A stretch of 64,000 nt of DNA from Vicugna vicugna (taxonomy: Eukaryota): contig MU058221.1 of NCBI GenBank assembly GCA_013265495.1, forward strand, positions 2,728,001-2,792,000, written 5' to 3'. The stretch's first letter is position 1; every line of letters starts with the position of its first letter. The notes under the pieces are model-generated. The model worked only from the letters and a program-made list of their open reading frames with translations, ran no database searches and was not told the origin of the DNA. Below are positions 22,754 to 35,350 of the stretch, piece by piece. The translations under genes were made by a program, and so were the position numbers.

Positions 22754-25700
22754 GTGTCGGATGCTTTAGTGAGGTCATTTAAAACAAAAGCAAGAAAAAG
22801 CGTCTCTCATTTCCCCCTCCCCAGTGTCTTCAGCTGCCCCCAGCTGCCAGCCTGTCCCAAGCCATCCTTCCGTGACCAGATTATCCCCGTGTGTAAGTCT
22901 CCTTAGTCCTTCAGAACCTCGGTGACCGGTCATCAGATTGGTAAACTCCTCTTGGTCTGAGGCACCTGCGTTTTAAAAGGATTTCGTAACCTAGCATGAC
23001 AGAGAGACCCTGCTGAAAATATGTTCCGGGGCAGCCAGTCCTCTGGGGCTCTCCCCGAGCCAGGCGCTGAAGGCGGTCACGAAGCCTGCGCTTCTGCCCA
23101 TCTCTCTGGAAGTCCACTGTCTTCTTGGGGGGGGGGGGACCGCTCTGTCTTAACATCAGCTGCTTGTGTCTTGCCTCTCAAAGAGTCCAGGGCAGTGCAC
23201 CATTTGGCTTCTTGCTGAACTAGCGAACCCCACCTGTAGTGAAGGACGTACGTGCTGTGACACCTTCACATTCTCTGTCCGGCGGGCGTGCACACATTAG
23301 CCCCACCTGTGTGCCGGTGACTCTTCCGATGGAGGCCAGAGCCCTCTTCATTGCCATGGCCAAGAATAGCACTCTGCCTGGAGCTAGCGCTGTCGTCTCG
23401 TCTCTATGGTCTTACGTGACTAGGTGACGGTGGTGACTGGAAATTCCATAAATCCCCTTTTAATACTCAGCAAGTTCGTTTTATCTCTGAGTTACGATGG
23501 GAATGAAATATTAACACAAGAAGCAAGCGCTTTATAAACCTCCGGATTGCTCTTTGGCGCTATTCAATCGTATGTTCTTCTTTAAACACCCGTATGCTAC
23601 CTGCAGCCGTAAAAATTAATGAAATGATAAAGTGTTTTGGGGTTGAATGCACCGAATATGTGCTGGTGTCTGGAATTGAGCAGAATTATAAATATTTAAA
23701 AAAAGTGTAATTTGATTGCCAGGACCAGAAAAGAAGAAAATGTTCTTTGTCTTTCTTATGCGCCTCATATCACTTTGAAGTTAAATGCCTAGATACTTTA
23801 TTAGCAGAGATTTTTAATGTCTGATTGAGAAGCAGCCTTCCAGGTATTTTGGTTTTTCTTGCCAGTGTTCAGACAAGGTGATGGCATCCTCTGAGGCAGA
23901 GCTGCTTTCTGCAGTGATGTCTGCACAAAACCGACTTTGACAGTCATGATGTTCTGTTCACCAGGTGATTTGAGTTGTGCAGATTTGTGTGTGTGTGTGT
24001 GTGTAGGAGGGGGTGGTGATTAAGTACATCTTGCATTCTAAATGGTCACAGTACATTTTGACGAGGGCTCCACACATTTCTGATTTTGTCCGTTTTAACT
24101 CTGCTCTTCGTTTGCCTGGAGTATCTCCAGCTTGGTGTGTGGTCAGCTCAGGTGACTAAGGTTCAGGAAGGGACGCCAGGTGTACAGGTTCGACTCAAGG
24201 AGCACGTTGCTTCCGTTGAAGAATCAGCACCAGCTCTCCTTCCTCGTTGCTTTCTAAACCTGCTAACGACGTCACTGTTTGCTTCACCTATGTACGCAGG
24301 ATGCCCCTGGAGGAACAAAAAAATATCACCATCTTTGTGCATCCAGAAAGCTGTGCTAGTCAGCCAGTGGGAAGAGTACTGTGGGATGACCATCTTACCT
24401 CTCACTGCTGTGTCTGCCGATCCCAGCCCCGAGTTCTGCGCGCGTCTTTTCTGAGCTCTTCAAGCCCTCGCAGGCAGCAGCGCACGGTTTAGCGGAGGCT
24501 GCTAGGCGTCCTCCGTCTCCCCCAGGGCAACCAGTGCTGAAGGCAGCAAGTCAGAGGTAGAAGCCTCGGCCCCACCTTTCCAGCTTTGACTCCCTCCAGT
24601 CCCTTTCGCTCGCGGAAGTCCCGGAGCAAGGCTTCCTTTCGCCCAGGGCGTGGTTGGGAATTCCGTGCGGTTAGCTCACCGGGGACCCGCGCCACCTTGA
24701 CTCGTGGCTTACTCTCTTTGGAAAAATCTCAAACCAATCGAAATAGCCCGACATTTCATAGTTAATGAGATACTTTATTGTTTTCTAAGCTTCCAGGAAG
24801 GCAAATGTCCCTTGTTGCAAGTTGCAAACCATTCAGGAGTGAAGAAAGCAGAGGCGAAAACCAGCCCGTCAAAATGTTACTGGCCCAGTTGATGCAAGCA
24901 GGTTTCAAAATTCCAGTAATGATAATCATGTCGCTCAGCATCTTTTGGTTCGCAGCCTGGGGACACTAATCTGTTCATGATCTATTACTCGATTAATTCT
25001 TTTCAAATGTCTAAAGATTCTAATCTGCCACTTCCACGCCCCGCCCCCCACCCCCACATTAGGAGGACTGTCATGCTAGATTGGTTTTTAAGAAAACAGG
25101 AGAAAATACTGTGATTTGAAAAACAGGACATTGTATTTTACCAGAGAGTTTCTGACATCATCACATAAGAGCTGTAGTGAAAGAACACGTCATTGAAATC
25201 AATTATTAAGCGCCTGCTGTGTGCGGCAGTCTTGGACTGGCATGGAAATGTTCGCTGGCGTTTCAAGCTGCACTGCTGATTGGGAGCTGCCTCTAGACTG
25301 AGATTTAGCATTGCCTGCCAGAGCTCCCAAAATAACCATACATAAAACCACGTTCAGAGTCAGCACGATGTCAGTGGGTCCAGCGAGGAGGGCAGACACA
25401 AGCCAGAGGAATATAAGGCAGATAGCAATTTGGATTGCGTCCACGACCAGTTTAAAATACACGAGCCTGCCTTTGGAGATAGTGACATCTTAGCGTCCTA
25501 CTGGAAACATTGTCAGAATGCTTTAAAATACGATCCGAGGGAAATGAAATTCTGGTGTTTTTTTTTTAAGTGGACTTAAACAGCAGGAGTACAGTGCAGA
25601 GTGGAGGCTGCCAGACTTCGGGATCTGTGGGTCAGGAAATTAAAGAGAACAAATGATTGAAGAACTAATGGGAGTTTCCAGCTGTTTGCTTTGCGAGCAC

Positions 25701-25998
25701 TGTTCCCCCTGCGAAGACTGTTGGGCAGTGGTGCGCTCCCACATCAGATCCACGCCGTAAGAGAGTTTGTGGAGCGAAGGTGAAGCAGCATTGCAAAAGA
25801 TGCACAAGGGAAAGTTGCTTTTTGTTTGTGTTTGTGTTTGTTTTTGTTTTGATCGGTGTGGAAGTTATTGTTTGGCGTCTCCCTGACACAAGAGTCCAGT
25901 TCTTCTCAGGCCCAACGTTTCCAGGATCAGCTCCTGCCTGGGGACCTTGGACTAGCGTGTGTGGTCTGGAGGGCCACCTCTGCGGCTTGGTCGTTGGC

Positions 25999-26086
25999 TT
26001 TTATTTTTAATGGGGGTACTGGGGCTTGAACCCAGGACCCCATGCATGCTAAGCACGTGCTCTACCCCTGAGCTGTAGCCTCCCCC
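25999..26086 (-). mobile_element. tRNA-derived SINE (Vic-1-like), short
   Basis: Reverse complement gggggaggctacagctcaggggtagagcacgtgcttagcatgcatggggtcctgggttcaagccccagtaccccca followed by an A-rich tail. Confidence 0.85.
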
Positions 26087-28495
26087 CACTCACCCATGAC
26101 AGTATCCCCTTCTGTGCTCAGCTGGAACTCTTCTGTTGTCCGCAGGCCTTAGCCCCAGATCACACTCAAGCTTCTCCCTGACTTGTCCTGGGCTCCCTGG
26201 AGACTCAGACAAGTGCAGGAAAGTATTTTACCAGGGCTGGTTATATAATAGAATGTAGTTACTACTTAAAAAAAAACTTTGTTACGGAAAATGTCAATCA
26301 TATCCAAAAGGACGGCATGGATAATGAACCATCAGAGGTTGTCACGGAGGTAACGTCACATGGGGAAATCACATAGCATCTCACCCGCATCTAGAGATAA
26401 ATATATCTAAAAGCTGTGGATATTAATTAAAATAACTGAAGTATTACTCGCATGCTTTATAATATTAACTCCTTCATATCATCACATAGTCAACAGTTAG
26501 ATTTACTTGTTTCACAGTGTACTTTTATTTATATACATTAATTCGTTGCCATATTTATAGCTGCCGGTGTAACAGTTTCTTTGTTCTATTCGGGTTCCAA
26601 AGAGCTCTGACTTTTTTCCCACTGGTTGTCGCCGTCACGGTCTTCCTGACCTCATCTGTGACGTTTCATTTGGCATGTTTGTCTCTTGAATTTTCTGGAA
26701 ATTGAGACTTGATCCTAAGGCTGTTTATTTCCAGGTTTTGCTTTTGTCACTGTTGTTGTTGGTTCGGCAAGAACATTTCACAGGTAGTGTTACATCATTC
26801 CATCAAAAGATACGCCATGTCTGCTGCTCTTTCTTATTTATAAATATTTTTTTATGTCAACAGCCCTGTATGCTTGCTTGGTCTAGAGCCTTATCTCCCT
26901 GAGAATGGTGGTATTTTATTATTTTTCATCCTTCAAAGATGCAAGCAGATATTACCCAAGACCTGATCCCTGCAACATTTTAAAGTTTTCATGTCGTTGC
27001 CCTTATAGGCTCATATGCCAAGCCCTTTGGCAGTGGTTCAGTGCTACGCACAAGTGTGACCTCAAGTGTCTGTCCCACAGCAAGCAAAGAGGATAAAGAG
27101 CAAACAAAACCGTCATCTGCAATCATCATTTTGTAAAAAGAAAGGTGGTTCAACAGCATAAAGGGGAAGAATGTTAACATGAGACCAAAAGACAGAGTTT
27201 TAAATTAAATACATATATCTTTCTGGAAAATTCACCACGCCATCCTGATCTCTCAAGGCACCATGAACAGGGATTATGACATTCTGGACTCAAACAATGG
27301 ACCACAATGGATGCACCATTGTTTCGCACCATGGTGTTGGTAAATATCTGCCAGAAAGTAGTGTGAAAATTTGTCTAGCCAAATCAAAGGTCTGCCAACT
27401 TTATCGCTGAGAGTCTCTTTGACCTATGATGTATTCCAAATCATTACATGCAATTTTAAAAAGCTATTCTTTAATTCACTAAACAGGAACTGAGCACCAA
27501 TTCTATGTCCTATACTTAATCTGGGGTCTGGAATAGAAAATAGATGGGAATACAAATGTAACAAAAATTAATAAAAATTCAGAGTGGAGACGATATAATA
27601 AAAAAGAAACTGAGAACGTGCATTATTAGTTCTTGCTCTGCCTCCAAGGAGTCTCACACCCCTGGGCATTTCATAGTCTCTGAATGACTACAAGAAGGCA
27701 TATTTTGTCCTTCGCTTTGAAAATTAAGTAACATAGTGAAAATTAGCTGAAGAATCAAAGGAAAACTTGGAAATGTAAGAAACAAAGTGGTAATTTTTGG
27801 AACTCCATCTGGTTTCTCATAGTACCTGTTCTCTCTGCAGTAGACAGTGTGTTCTTCCTTAAAAGCCTCGAAACAAGACCCTTGCACTTAGAATTTGTTG
27901 AAGTGGTCTTTGAAAGTATTCCTTGTCTCCCCATCTACCCAACTCCTGCTAAGGAAACAGTGCTCCGAACCGGAAGTGACTTACAGAAGTGGCTGGCGAT
28001 TGAGCCTCCTGGTCTCCAGTTCTGCGCTCCTTCCTACTGCTCCGTACTGTCTGGGGTTCCTTCTGCACTAGGCACTCTGCACACGTGTAGTGTATTTTAG
28101 TATTTCAGGGCACTGAGGCAGAGGAGGGACGTAATCTGGTTTTGGAGGGCAGACGTGAGCCGGATTCAAAACGGCAGCGGCCCCCACCCTCTGCTAATCA
28201 CTTGCTCTCGTTGCCCTCCTGCTCCTGGCCTGGCAGCCCCTCTCCTCTCCTTTGCCCTTTCTAGTCCCCACCCTCCTGTCCTCCTGACACCAGCCTGAGG
28301 GCACTGATCGGTGTTTTCGGTGCTGGCTGTGTGTGCTGTTGACCTTGGCCAGTCAGTCTGACCCTGGGTTACCAGTTCTCACTCCTTGAAGACAAGGAAT
28401 AGCACACATTGAAATGCTTGATCTGGAAAGCTGAATTCAGTTCAGCTGTTTCGGCTGGTATAGGATGTTTAAAAAAGTCAAATCTGAATGCCTTT

Positions 28496-28941
28496 ATTGA
28501 TTCGCTTTTAATTGAAGTACAGTCAGTTTACAATGTTGTATCTGTTTCTAGTGTACAGCATAATGTGTCAGTCACGCACACACATACATATATATATATT
28601 CTTTGCCCTTATAGATTACTACAAGATACTGAATATAGTTCCCTGAGCGCTACAGTAGGACCTTGTTGTTTATCTATTTTATATATAGTAGTGTGTATCT
28701 GCAGATCTCGAACTCCCAGTTTAACCTTTCCCACCCTGTTTCCCCACTGGTAGCCATGAGTTTGTTTCCCATGTCTGTGCATCTGTTTCTGTTTTGCTTT
28801 GTAAAGAAGTTCATTGGTGCCTTTTTTTTTAGATTCCACATACGAGCGATCTCATATGGTGTTTTTCCCTCTCTGTCTGGCTGACTTCACTTAGAATGAC
28901 GATCTCCAGGTCCCTCCGTGTTGCTGCAAATGGCATTGTTT
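28496..28941 (-). mobile_element. 5'-truncated LINE-1 (ORF2 end + 3' UTR) with TSD
   Basis: attgaagtacagtcagtttacaatgttg…tgttgctgcaaatggcatt. TSD tctgaatgccttt (28483-28495) / tctgaatgtcttt (28942-28954). Confidence 0.9.
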
Positions 28942-29580
28942 TCTGAATGTCTTTTTACGAGACCTGCGCGTTCTCATTTGCTGTGCACTCTCCCATGGCC
29001 TCGTGGACTACGCGAGCCTTTTCTGCCCACTTCTCAGATCTGCCTGCAAGCATTTGCGTTGACTACCCTGGCCTGGCGTCTTCCCGACGGACTGTGACAG
29101 GGTGACAGGCAGATCGCGGATTCTTTCGGGGAGCAGACTCTGCTTTCCAGTTTGCTAGGAGTCTCTTTTAAATCCAAAGCATTACCTGTGGCCTCTCGCT
29201 CACTGGTCAGAGTTTAGTCTTGGCGTGGCCAAAATCGTGGTGTTGTGCACTCAGTGATGAGTCCTAGGGAGTTCGAGTGAGCGTGTGCGGGTGGGTCAGG
29301 GCGGTCCATGGGGCAAAAGCGTTCAGAGCAACGCAGTTAGAATGCATCACTGTGATAATCGTGTGTGCTTGAGAATCCCGAAGCAATGCTTTGCAATGAT
29401 CACGTGTTCTTTGGGCAGAGACGCTGACTCACAAAAGACCCAGTAACTCTTGCTGTCACACAGAAGGGCGCCCTCACTGCGTTTGCGAACGGACTTTCCG
29501 GGAGGCGGCGAAGGGCCCCGCGGCAGGGCGCGTTCCCCGTGGCTGCAGCGCGATTTTCACTTAAATCCCCTTCGATGCAG

Positions 29581-29673
29581 GTTGCCAATTTGGCCTGCTC
29601 CATCTCCAACAACGAGGAAGGGGTGAAACTGGTTCGGATGGCGGCCACGCAGATCGACAGCCTGTGTCCCCAG
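29581..29673 (+). CDS. CTNNA2: Alpha-N-catenin internal coding exon (probable exon 10), VANLACSISNNEEGVKLVRMAATQIDSLCPQ
   Basis: Acceptor ...ttcgatgcag| and donor cag|gtgagc. 93 bp = 31 codons, phase 0/0. The peptide is alpha-catenin M-domain sequence of the CTNNA2 type (AATQIDSLCPQ). Confidence 0.97.
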
Positions 29674-30246
29674 GTGAGCCCCTCCTTCGCTTCGGTCCAG
29701 CGGCCGGCTCCTTGGGGTCCACCGCGCCCCGGGCCTGGTGTCCTGCCCTCTCGCCGCTCCCGGGGAGGTGCTGCCCTCCCTCCCGGGCCGTTTCAAGTTC
29801 TGCCTTCCTCAGAAGGAGCGACCTCCTCCGGTCTCTTCTCGCTTTCTGCGGCAGTTTTTCTCTCTCCCACTCGTATTGGCTTCGTCCCGCTTGCTCTGGG
29901 CTGGTATTCAAATGCTCCCTTATCTATGCACCTGGGCTCAACAGCCAAATTATACACCTGCACGTGTAGAACAGGAGTTACATTTCTGCCACATCCGTGC
30001 TAAGTAAGACTTGTCCAGCAAACGCTTTTGAAAGCTGAGGCTAATGACTGTAACTTAAAAAAGGAAGAAGAAAAGCAAACAAAAACTGATCGTAGCCTGC
30101 TGCATCGTTTGTGTTCCTTCTGAACGCTGAGAACCGGCTTCTTTGTAGAAGCTTAGGGACCAGGGTCTCAACAAGGTCTTATACTTGCTTGTTCCTCTCT
30201 CGAAAGAGTGTGGTCAGCGCATCCCCGGCTTGTTTCTAACAAACAG

Positions 30247-30403
30247 GTCATCAACGCTGCTCTCACGCTGGCTGCCCGGCCGCAGAGCAAAGTCGCTCAG
30301 GACAACATGGACGTCTTCAAAGACCAGTGGGAAAAGCAGGTCCGAGTGCTGACGGAGGCCGTGGACGACATCACCTCGGTGGACGACTTCCTCTCCGTCT
30401 CAG
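30247..30403 (+). CDS. CTNNA2: Alpha-N-catenin coding exon (probable exon 11), VINAALTLAARPQSKVAQDNMDVFKDQWEKQVRVLTEAVDDITSVDDFLSVS(E)
   Basis: Acceptor tttctaacaaacag| with a ctaac branch-point motif, donor cag|gtaatc. 157 bp, phase 0/1, in frame with the previous exon across a 573-bp intron. Confidence 0.97.
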
Positions 30404-31012
30404 GTAATCACGCACGGGCCCTTTGCAAGGCAGCTGAGGGAGCAGAGCAGGACGAGGAGCATCTTGCAGATGTCACGGGTCTGTGTGTCAAGTGCTCTCC
30501 TTGCCCTTTTGAGCTTTCAGCCATCTCTGCAGATGCGATGGAAATCTCTTGAAATTCTTCTCTGTTGTGCACGTTATTTCGAGACGCTGAGTCCGAGCAT
30601 CGGGGGTGGGGGGGAACACAACATTCCGATCAAGATGTTAGAAACCTGAAGAGATTATTTAAGTAGACTTAGGTTCCTTTTTAGCTCCTGGAGGTTTTTT
30701 TGTTTTTTTTGTTTTTAATAGAATGGCCTTTGATGCATCTGAATCGCCCATCTGAAAAGGTATGGGATATGAGATTGGTTATGTTTAAATATCAAAAAAT
30801 CAACTAGTTATTCCAATTTGGCTGTGTTAAAGGGTTTTCTTGTTTTGTTTTGTTTTTTCCCCAGTAAGTGCAGTTACCCAGATCTGTGATAAGCCAGGAG
30901 GAAATGTTAGCCACAGAATGAAGCCATTTGAAGGCACCTGGTAGCTCCTGAGGCTTTGAGCCTTTGTCCGTAAGGCTGTGTTAAGGAAGTGGGAGAGAGT
31001 AAACAGAAGTAG

Positions 31013-31160
31013 GCAGCCCAGGGGACTGTGTTCCATATCTTGTAACAACCCTTATTGAAAAAGAATATGAAAGCAAATATATGTGTGTATATCTGCATGA
31101 CTGGGACACTGTGCTTCACACCAGAAACTGACACATTGTAACTGACTACACTTCACTTTA
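31013..31160 (+). mobile_element. LINE-1 3' UTR terminal fragment
   Basis: tatcttgtaacaacc…aaaagaatatgaa…cacaccagaaactgacacattgtaactgactacacttca. Confidence 0.8.
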
Positions 31161-34100
31161 AGTAATTAATGAATTTTTAGAAAGAAGAAATTGGAACTTT
31201 CTTCCTTATAAATGAAGCCAGACCGAAAGATGATAGTGCATTTGAATAACGGTGTAGTCAGTTTGACCTTTAACCAGACTCATCAATGCTGTTTCAACAT
31301 TGGGCTACCAGCCAGCTAATGGGCCTTCTTCCAGACACATTTGACCAAACACATTTGGCCCAGTTCACCTAGAAGAGTCTCTTTGGGGGAGTTGGGGAGG
31401 AGGTCGCTGGAAACATCAACCTCTTCGCGAGGCGTTAAAATAACCCAATGACCCTTGAAAATTCAAATTGACCAGGTGTTGACTCTACCTGCAGGTGCAT
31501 GGAATGCACACCTGCCAACTCAAGTGTGCCCCGGCCTGAGTGGGAAGGGCTGCTGGGGGGATCCAGGCAGACAGGGCCTTTTGCTGCAACGGCATGGATG
31601 GGGTTTCTGCAGGGATGGTTAATCTATTTGGAAACTTTTCTGGTTGTAGTCTTTATTTTCATGAAGAAAACAGGTAATGGATTCCCACTGGGGGCCTGTG
31701 TTTAAAGCTTGTCTGTAGACCTGATGGATGATGAAAAAGCCAACTTTGAAATCATGGAGGGCAAGGCAAGCTAGACGGGAAGCAATGAGGGAGCAGGTGC
31801 TCAGTGTCTCATTTGCCTGACCCTCTGCTGTTTGCTTTAATTCTCACCAAAGTTCTGTCAGATAGGCATCACTGTTCTGAGTCTTCTTTGAGAAAAGTAG
31901 ATCACTCAGAGGGTAGATAACTTGGCAGAGTTGCTCTTAAAATCGAGATTATCGTCTTTTCAAAATCAGTATGGTTCTCAGTAAGTCAAGACAGAAGGGC
32001 ATTTTCCTCCGTTGCTTCCAGGTTTCATGACAGCTCCCTTGTCCCCCGCCCTGCTCTGGCCCCTTCATTCCACTCTCTCATCCCTTCCAGAAACCTGTCT
32101 TGTTCTTCACTCCCGAGGGGCTCGGTTTTTTGACGACCTGTCAAAGAAGCTGTTCCTTTCAGCGCACCCGTTTCTAGGGATTGGCTGATGGAGATCTCAG
32201 GACGGTGCCATTGTTGGGACTCTCGCCTCCCTGATGGCTTGAGTCCTAACGACTTAAAAGATACCCGAGAAGTGGATCTCTCATGAGGGGATTGGAAACT
32301 GGATAGGCTTGCTGGAGATTCGGGTGGTAGAGACAGAAGGACGGCCGCCAGGACTGGGCATCTAGTAAGTGGTCAGTCCTTGCTGGGATGGTGACAGGGG
32401 TCCCCAGCAATGGGCAGGGGGACTCTCTAACCAGCCTCACCTCTCACACAGCCATCCTAATAGCCCCTGGAAATCTTAGTCTTGCCCTTCTGTGTACAAA
32501 TGAGTAGAAAACACCCATATAGGACCTTTTTCAAAGCAGAATCATCTCAGAACTGAAAACTTCCCCAATTCATCCTTTTCTTGAAATGCATGTAGGAAAA
32601 TTTCCGAGGGTAGAGAAAAGAGAGGTGAGGCCGTCTTATCTCAGACTCTTTCAATAGCACAAAGCTTTTCTTAATTTTCTTCCACCGGGCCTGCCTCTCT
32701 GCCATCTTTCTCCCTGCCGTGCCTTTGTGCATCTCATTATTACCAGCAACAAGAAGTGGCTGTGGCTTCCGCTGATAACACTGCGCCGTCCAACCCCAGT
32801 GGTACAAGTGCCATGGCATGGCATGACGGGGAAATGAGCAGGCGCTGTCAGGGAGCCAGCCTTGGCAGGGCCCGCCGAAGCATGCCTTTGGAGTTGACAG
32901 TCAGAGGCGGCAGGCGCCTTTCCACAGACAGGCTTGACAAATAACGGCACAGCCCACTCCGTCCTGCTGGTAGACCGTGGACACGGACCAATCGTTGGGG
33001 AAACTCCTCATCGCCGCTCTGAGCTGGAGCCAAAACATTTGCATCAGTAAATTGCAAGTTTGGCCCAGGAGATATTTTGGAATGGCATTAATGACATTTT
33101 ATGTCTCAGTTTCTTCTTAAGGGAATATCTATTCTGGCAGGAAACTCTATTTTGAAAACAAAAACAGAAAAGTTTTTTTTTTAAAGAATTTCTTTCTTTT
33201 TTTTTCTTTTTTCATGCTACCTGAACATGTATGTCTGAGTCCTTAATTTGTCCATATGAAATGCAACAAGTTTGGGGAGCGATGATGCTATTAACATTAC
33301 AGGAGCAAATCCAATTTTCAGATGTGGTCTGGGCTCATAAAAATGTGAAACGGCTGTGTTAGAACACTTAAAGTTTTCCCAGTGGGCAGAAACTACAATT
33401 TTTAATAGTGTCTTAAAATGAGCATCTTGGCATTAGCCACATGACAGTTTAATCTTGGGCTTGGCTCAGAAAATAGCAAGCATCTAAGATCTGAAAAAGC
33501 TATTAACTCCATCCCATAATATCTAAAAATTTTGTTTTGTCTGCCTTTTCCTTTTCCTTTTTTTTTTTTTTTGACTCCAGGGTCTTGAGTTAGTTTCCTT
33601 AAAAAATTCACAGAATGAACTTTGTTTCTGAATTTAAAAACCATAGCTTTATAGCTTATAACAACTAAGTAGTTTGGTCATCAGTGACTTTTTAACAAAA
33701 CTGCATCTTTTTTATGAGATAGTAAGGTTGCAAAAATCCAAGGAAGTTTATCACAAAAAACGTTGCAGTCAAATGTTTTATGATGTTTAAATACTGGACT
33801 TCACATCTGGGCATCACGTCCAAAGTATCTAAGTGGTTTATCCCAAAGACGGAATCATCTCTGGAATACACATGCTTTTTATTATTACTCTCTCATTTAT
33901 GTTATTTTCTACTTAGAACAGCATTCCTGTCTCTTTATTTAATGAATTCTTTCTCTTGAGAATACCCGAGGATAAAAATATATAGCTGATTATTCCTCTT
34001 CAATGGACATGTTTATTTAGAATTTCTTCTTTGATTTTTCTGCCGTGTGTAAGGTGCTGTCAGATATGAAAGTATGAATCCAGTGTGGATTCTGCCTTCA

Positions 34101-34232
34101 AATTATATGCTGCCCTTTTTGCTAGATAGGAGACCAGAGCGCTTCTAAACCTGTAAGCCCCAGACCTCAGAGTGTAGAGACCAGGAGTGGAGAAGTTATT
34201 ACAAGGGGTCTAGGAATCCATATGTCAAAGTG

Positions 34233-34711
34233 TGTTACATACAGCTCAGTGTGACAGCTCAGTGTGACAGCAACCTAGATGCTTGCGAGAGACCAAGTAG
34301 CACTCGGAGGGTTGGAGAACTCAGGTTTATTATGCCAGTGGGCCCAGAAGAGTTAACACTCCAAGCTCTGGACCCCATCTGTAGGTTTACACAGGCTTTT
34401 ATAGGGTACCAGTCAAGACTTTGCAACATTTTGCAACATCGTATGCAAATAAGGTATAACAAAGTGGACCAATCAAGAATGAGCTTTATGCAAATGAGGT
34501 GTTAGAAATGGACCATTCAGGAGTGATAGAAATGGGCCAATCAGGAGTGAGCTTTGGGAACCAATAGACTCTTCGGGGTAAGTTCCGCTTTCCTAGAAGC
34601 AAGCTGTTTTACAGAAGCAAAAAAAAAAAAACTAGATAATGGCACCAGTGGGAAAGTAGTGGCCCTGGCTGGGGGTCCTGCCAGTCTTTTCATGGGGCTT
34701 CCCACCTCACA
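34233..34711 (-). mobile_element. Endogenous retrovirus solo LTR (~480 bp), antisense to CTNNA2
   Basis: The minus strand runs tgtgagg…gtaaca (TG…CA). In U3-R-U5 order it has CCAAT boxes and octamers, TATAAAA (34397-34403) and AATAAA (34326-34331). No convincing TSD found; family not identified. Confidence 0.8.
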
Positions 34712-35140
34712 TATACATACCAAGTGTGATCTTGTGCTCAAATAATATGTCTACAAAAACAGGTCTAGCTCTTTTTCAACTACATTGTTGGCACTTAGGT
34801 TAATAAAATGCAAATCTATGTAAAAACATTCTTGATCGTAGTGGCTTTTACATATATATACTAACCATTGGTATAACTACTGTCATGAGGGAATTTTGAT
34901 TCCTTTTTTTTGTGAAAGGGGTACCTCTAATTGGGGAAAGCTGGGAAAGGCTGAGTAAACTAGCTCAACATTTCAAAAGAAAAAGTTGATTCAGAAAACT
35001 GAGTCAGTGAGTAAACTGTAAATTAGTCAAATTAATACTTTATTCACTGATGATCAACCTGAATAACCATTGAAGATATTAGTTGACAATTTGATTAAAA
35101 GCAATGCTATTAATATCACGGCCTCCTTCAAATATGTTTC

Positions 35141-35350
35141 CATTGACCCTTGAAAAACTTGGAGGTGAGGGGCACTGACATTTCTTTACACAGTCGAAAA
35201 TCTGCATGTAACTCTACAGTCAGCCCTACTTACCCGAGGTTCATCTGTGGATTTAACTGGGCTCCACAGTATTGAGGTATTTACCTTTGAAAAAATCTGC
35301 ATATAAGAGGACCAGCACACTTCAAACTCCTGTTATTCAAGGGTCAACTG
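35141..35350. mobile_element. Tigger2-family MITE (TcMar-Tigger)
   Basis: Terminal inverted repeats cattgacccttgaaaaac … gttattcaagggtcaactg, with internal cagtcgaaaatctgcatgtaact. Confidence 0.8.

Noticed and set aside
1..29580. Nested LRRTM1 gene or an upstream CTNNA2 exon
   Set aside because: No leucine-rich-repeat ORF and no catenin-like peptide appear before 29581. LRRTM1 lies in an earlier intron, outside this window.
29539..30552. ORFs 29539-30003 and 30208-30552 as standalone genes
   Set aside because: Only the parts between canonical splice sites are catenin-like; the rest is intron read-through. The same holds for 37505-37741, 53520-53765 and 61811-62245.
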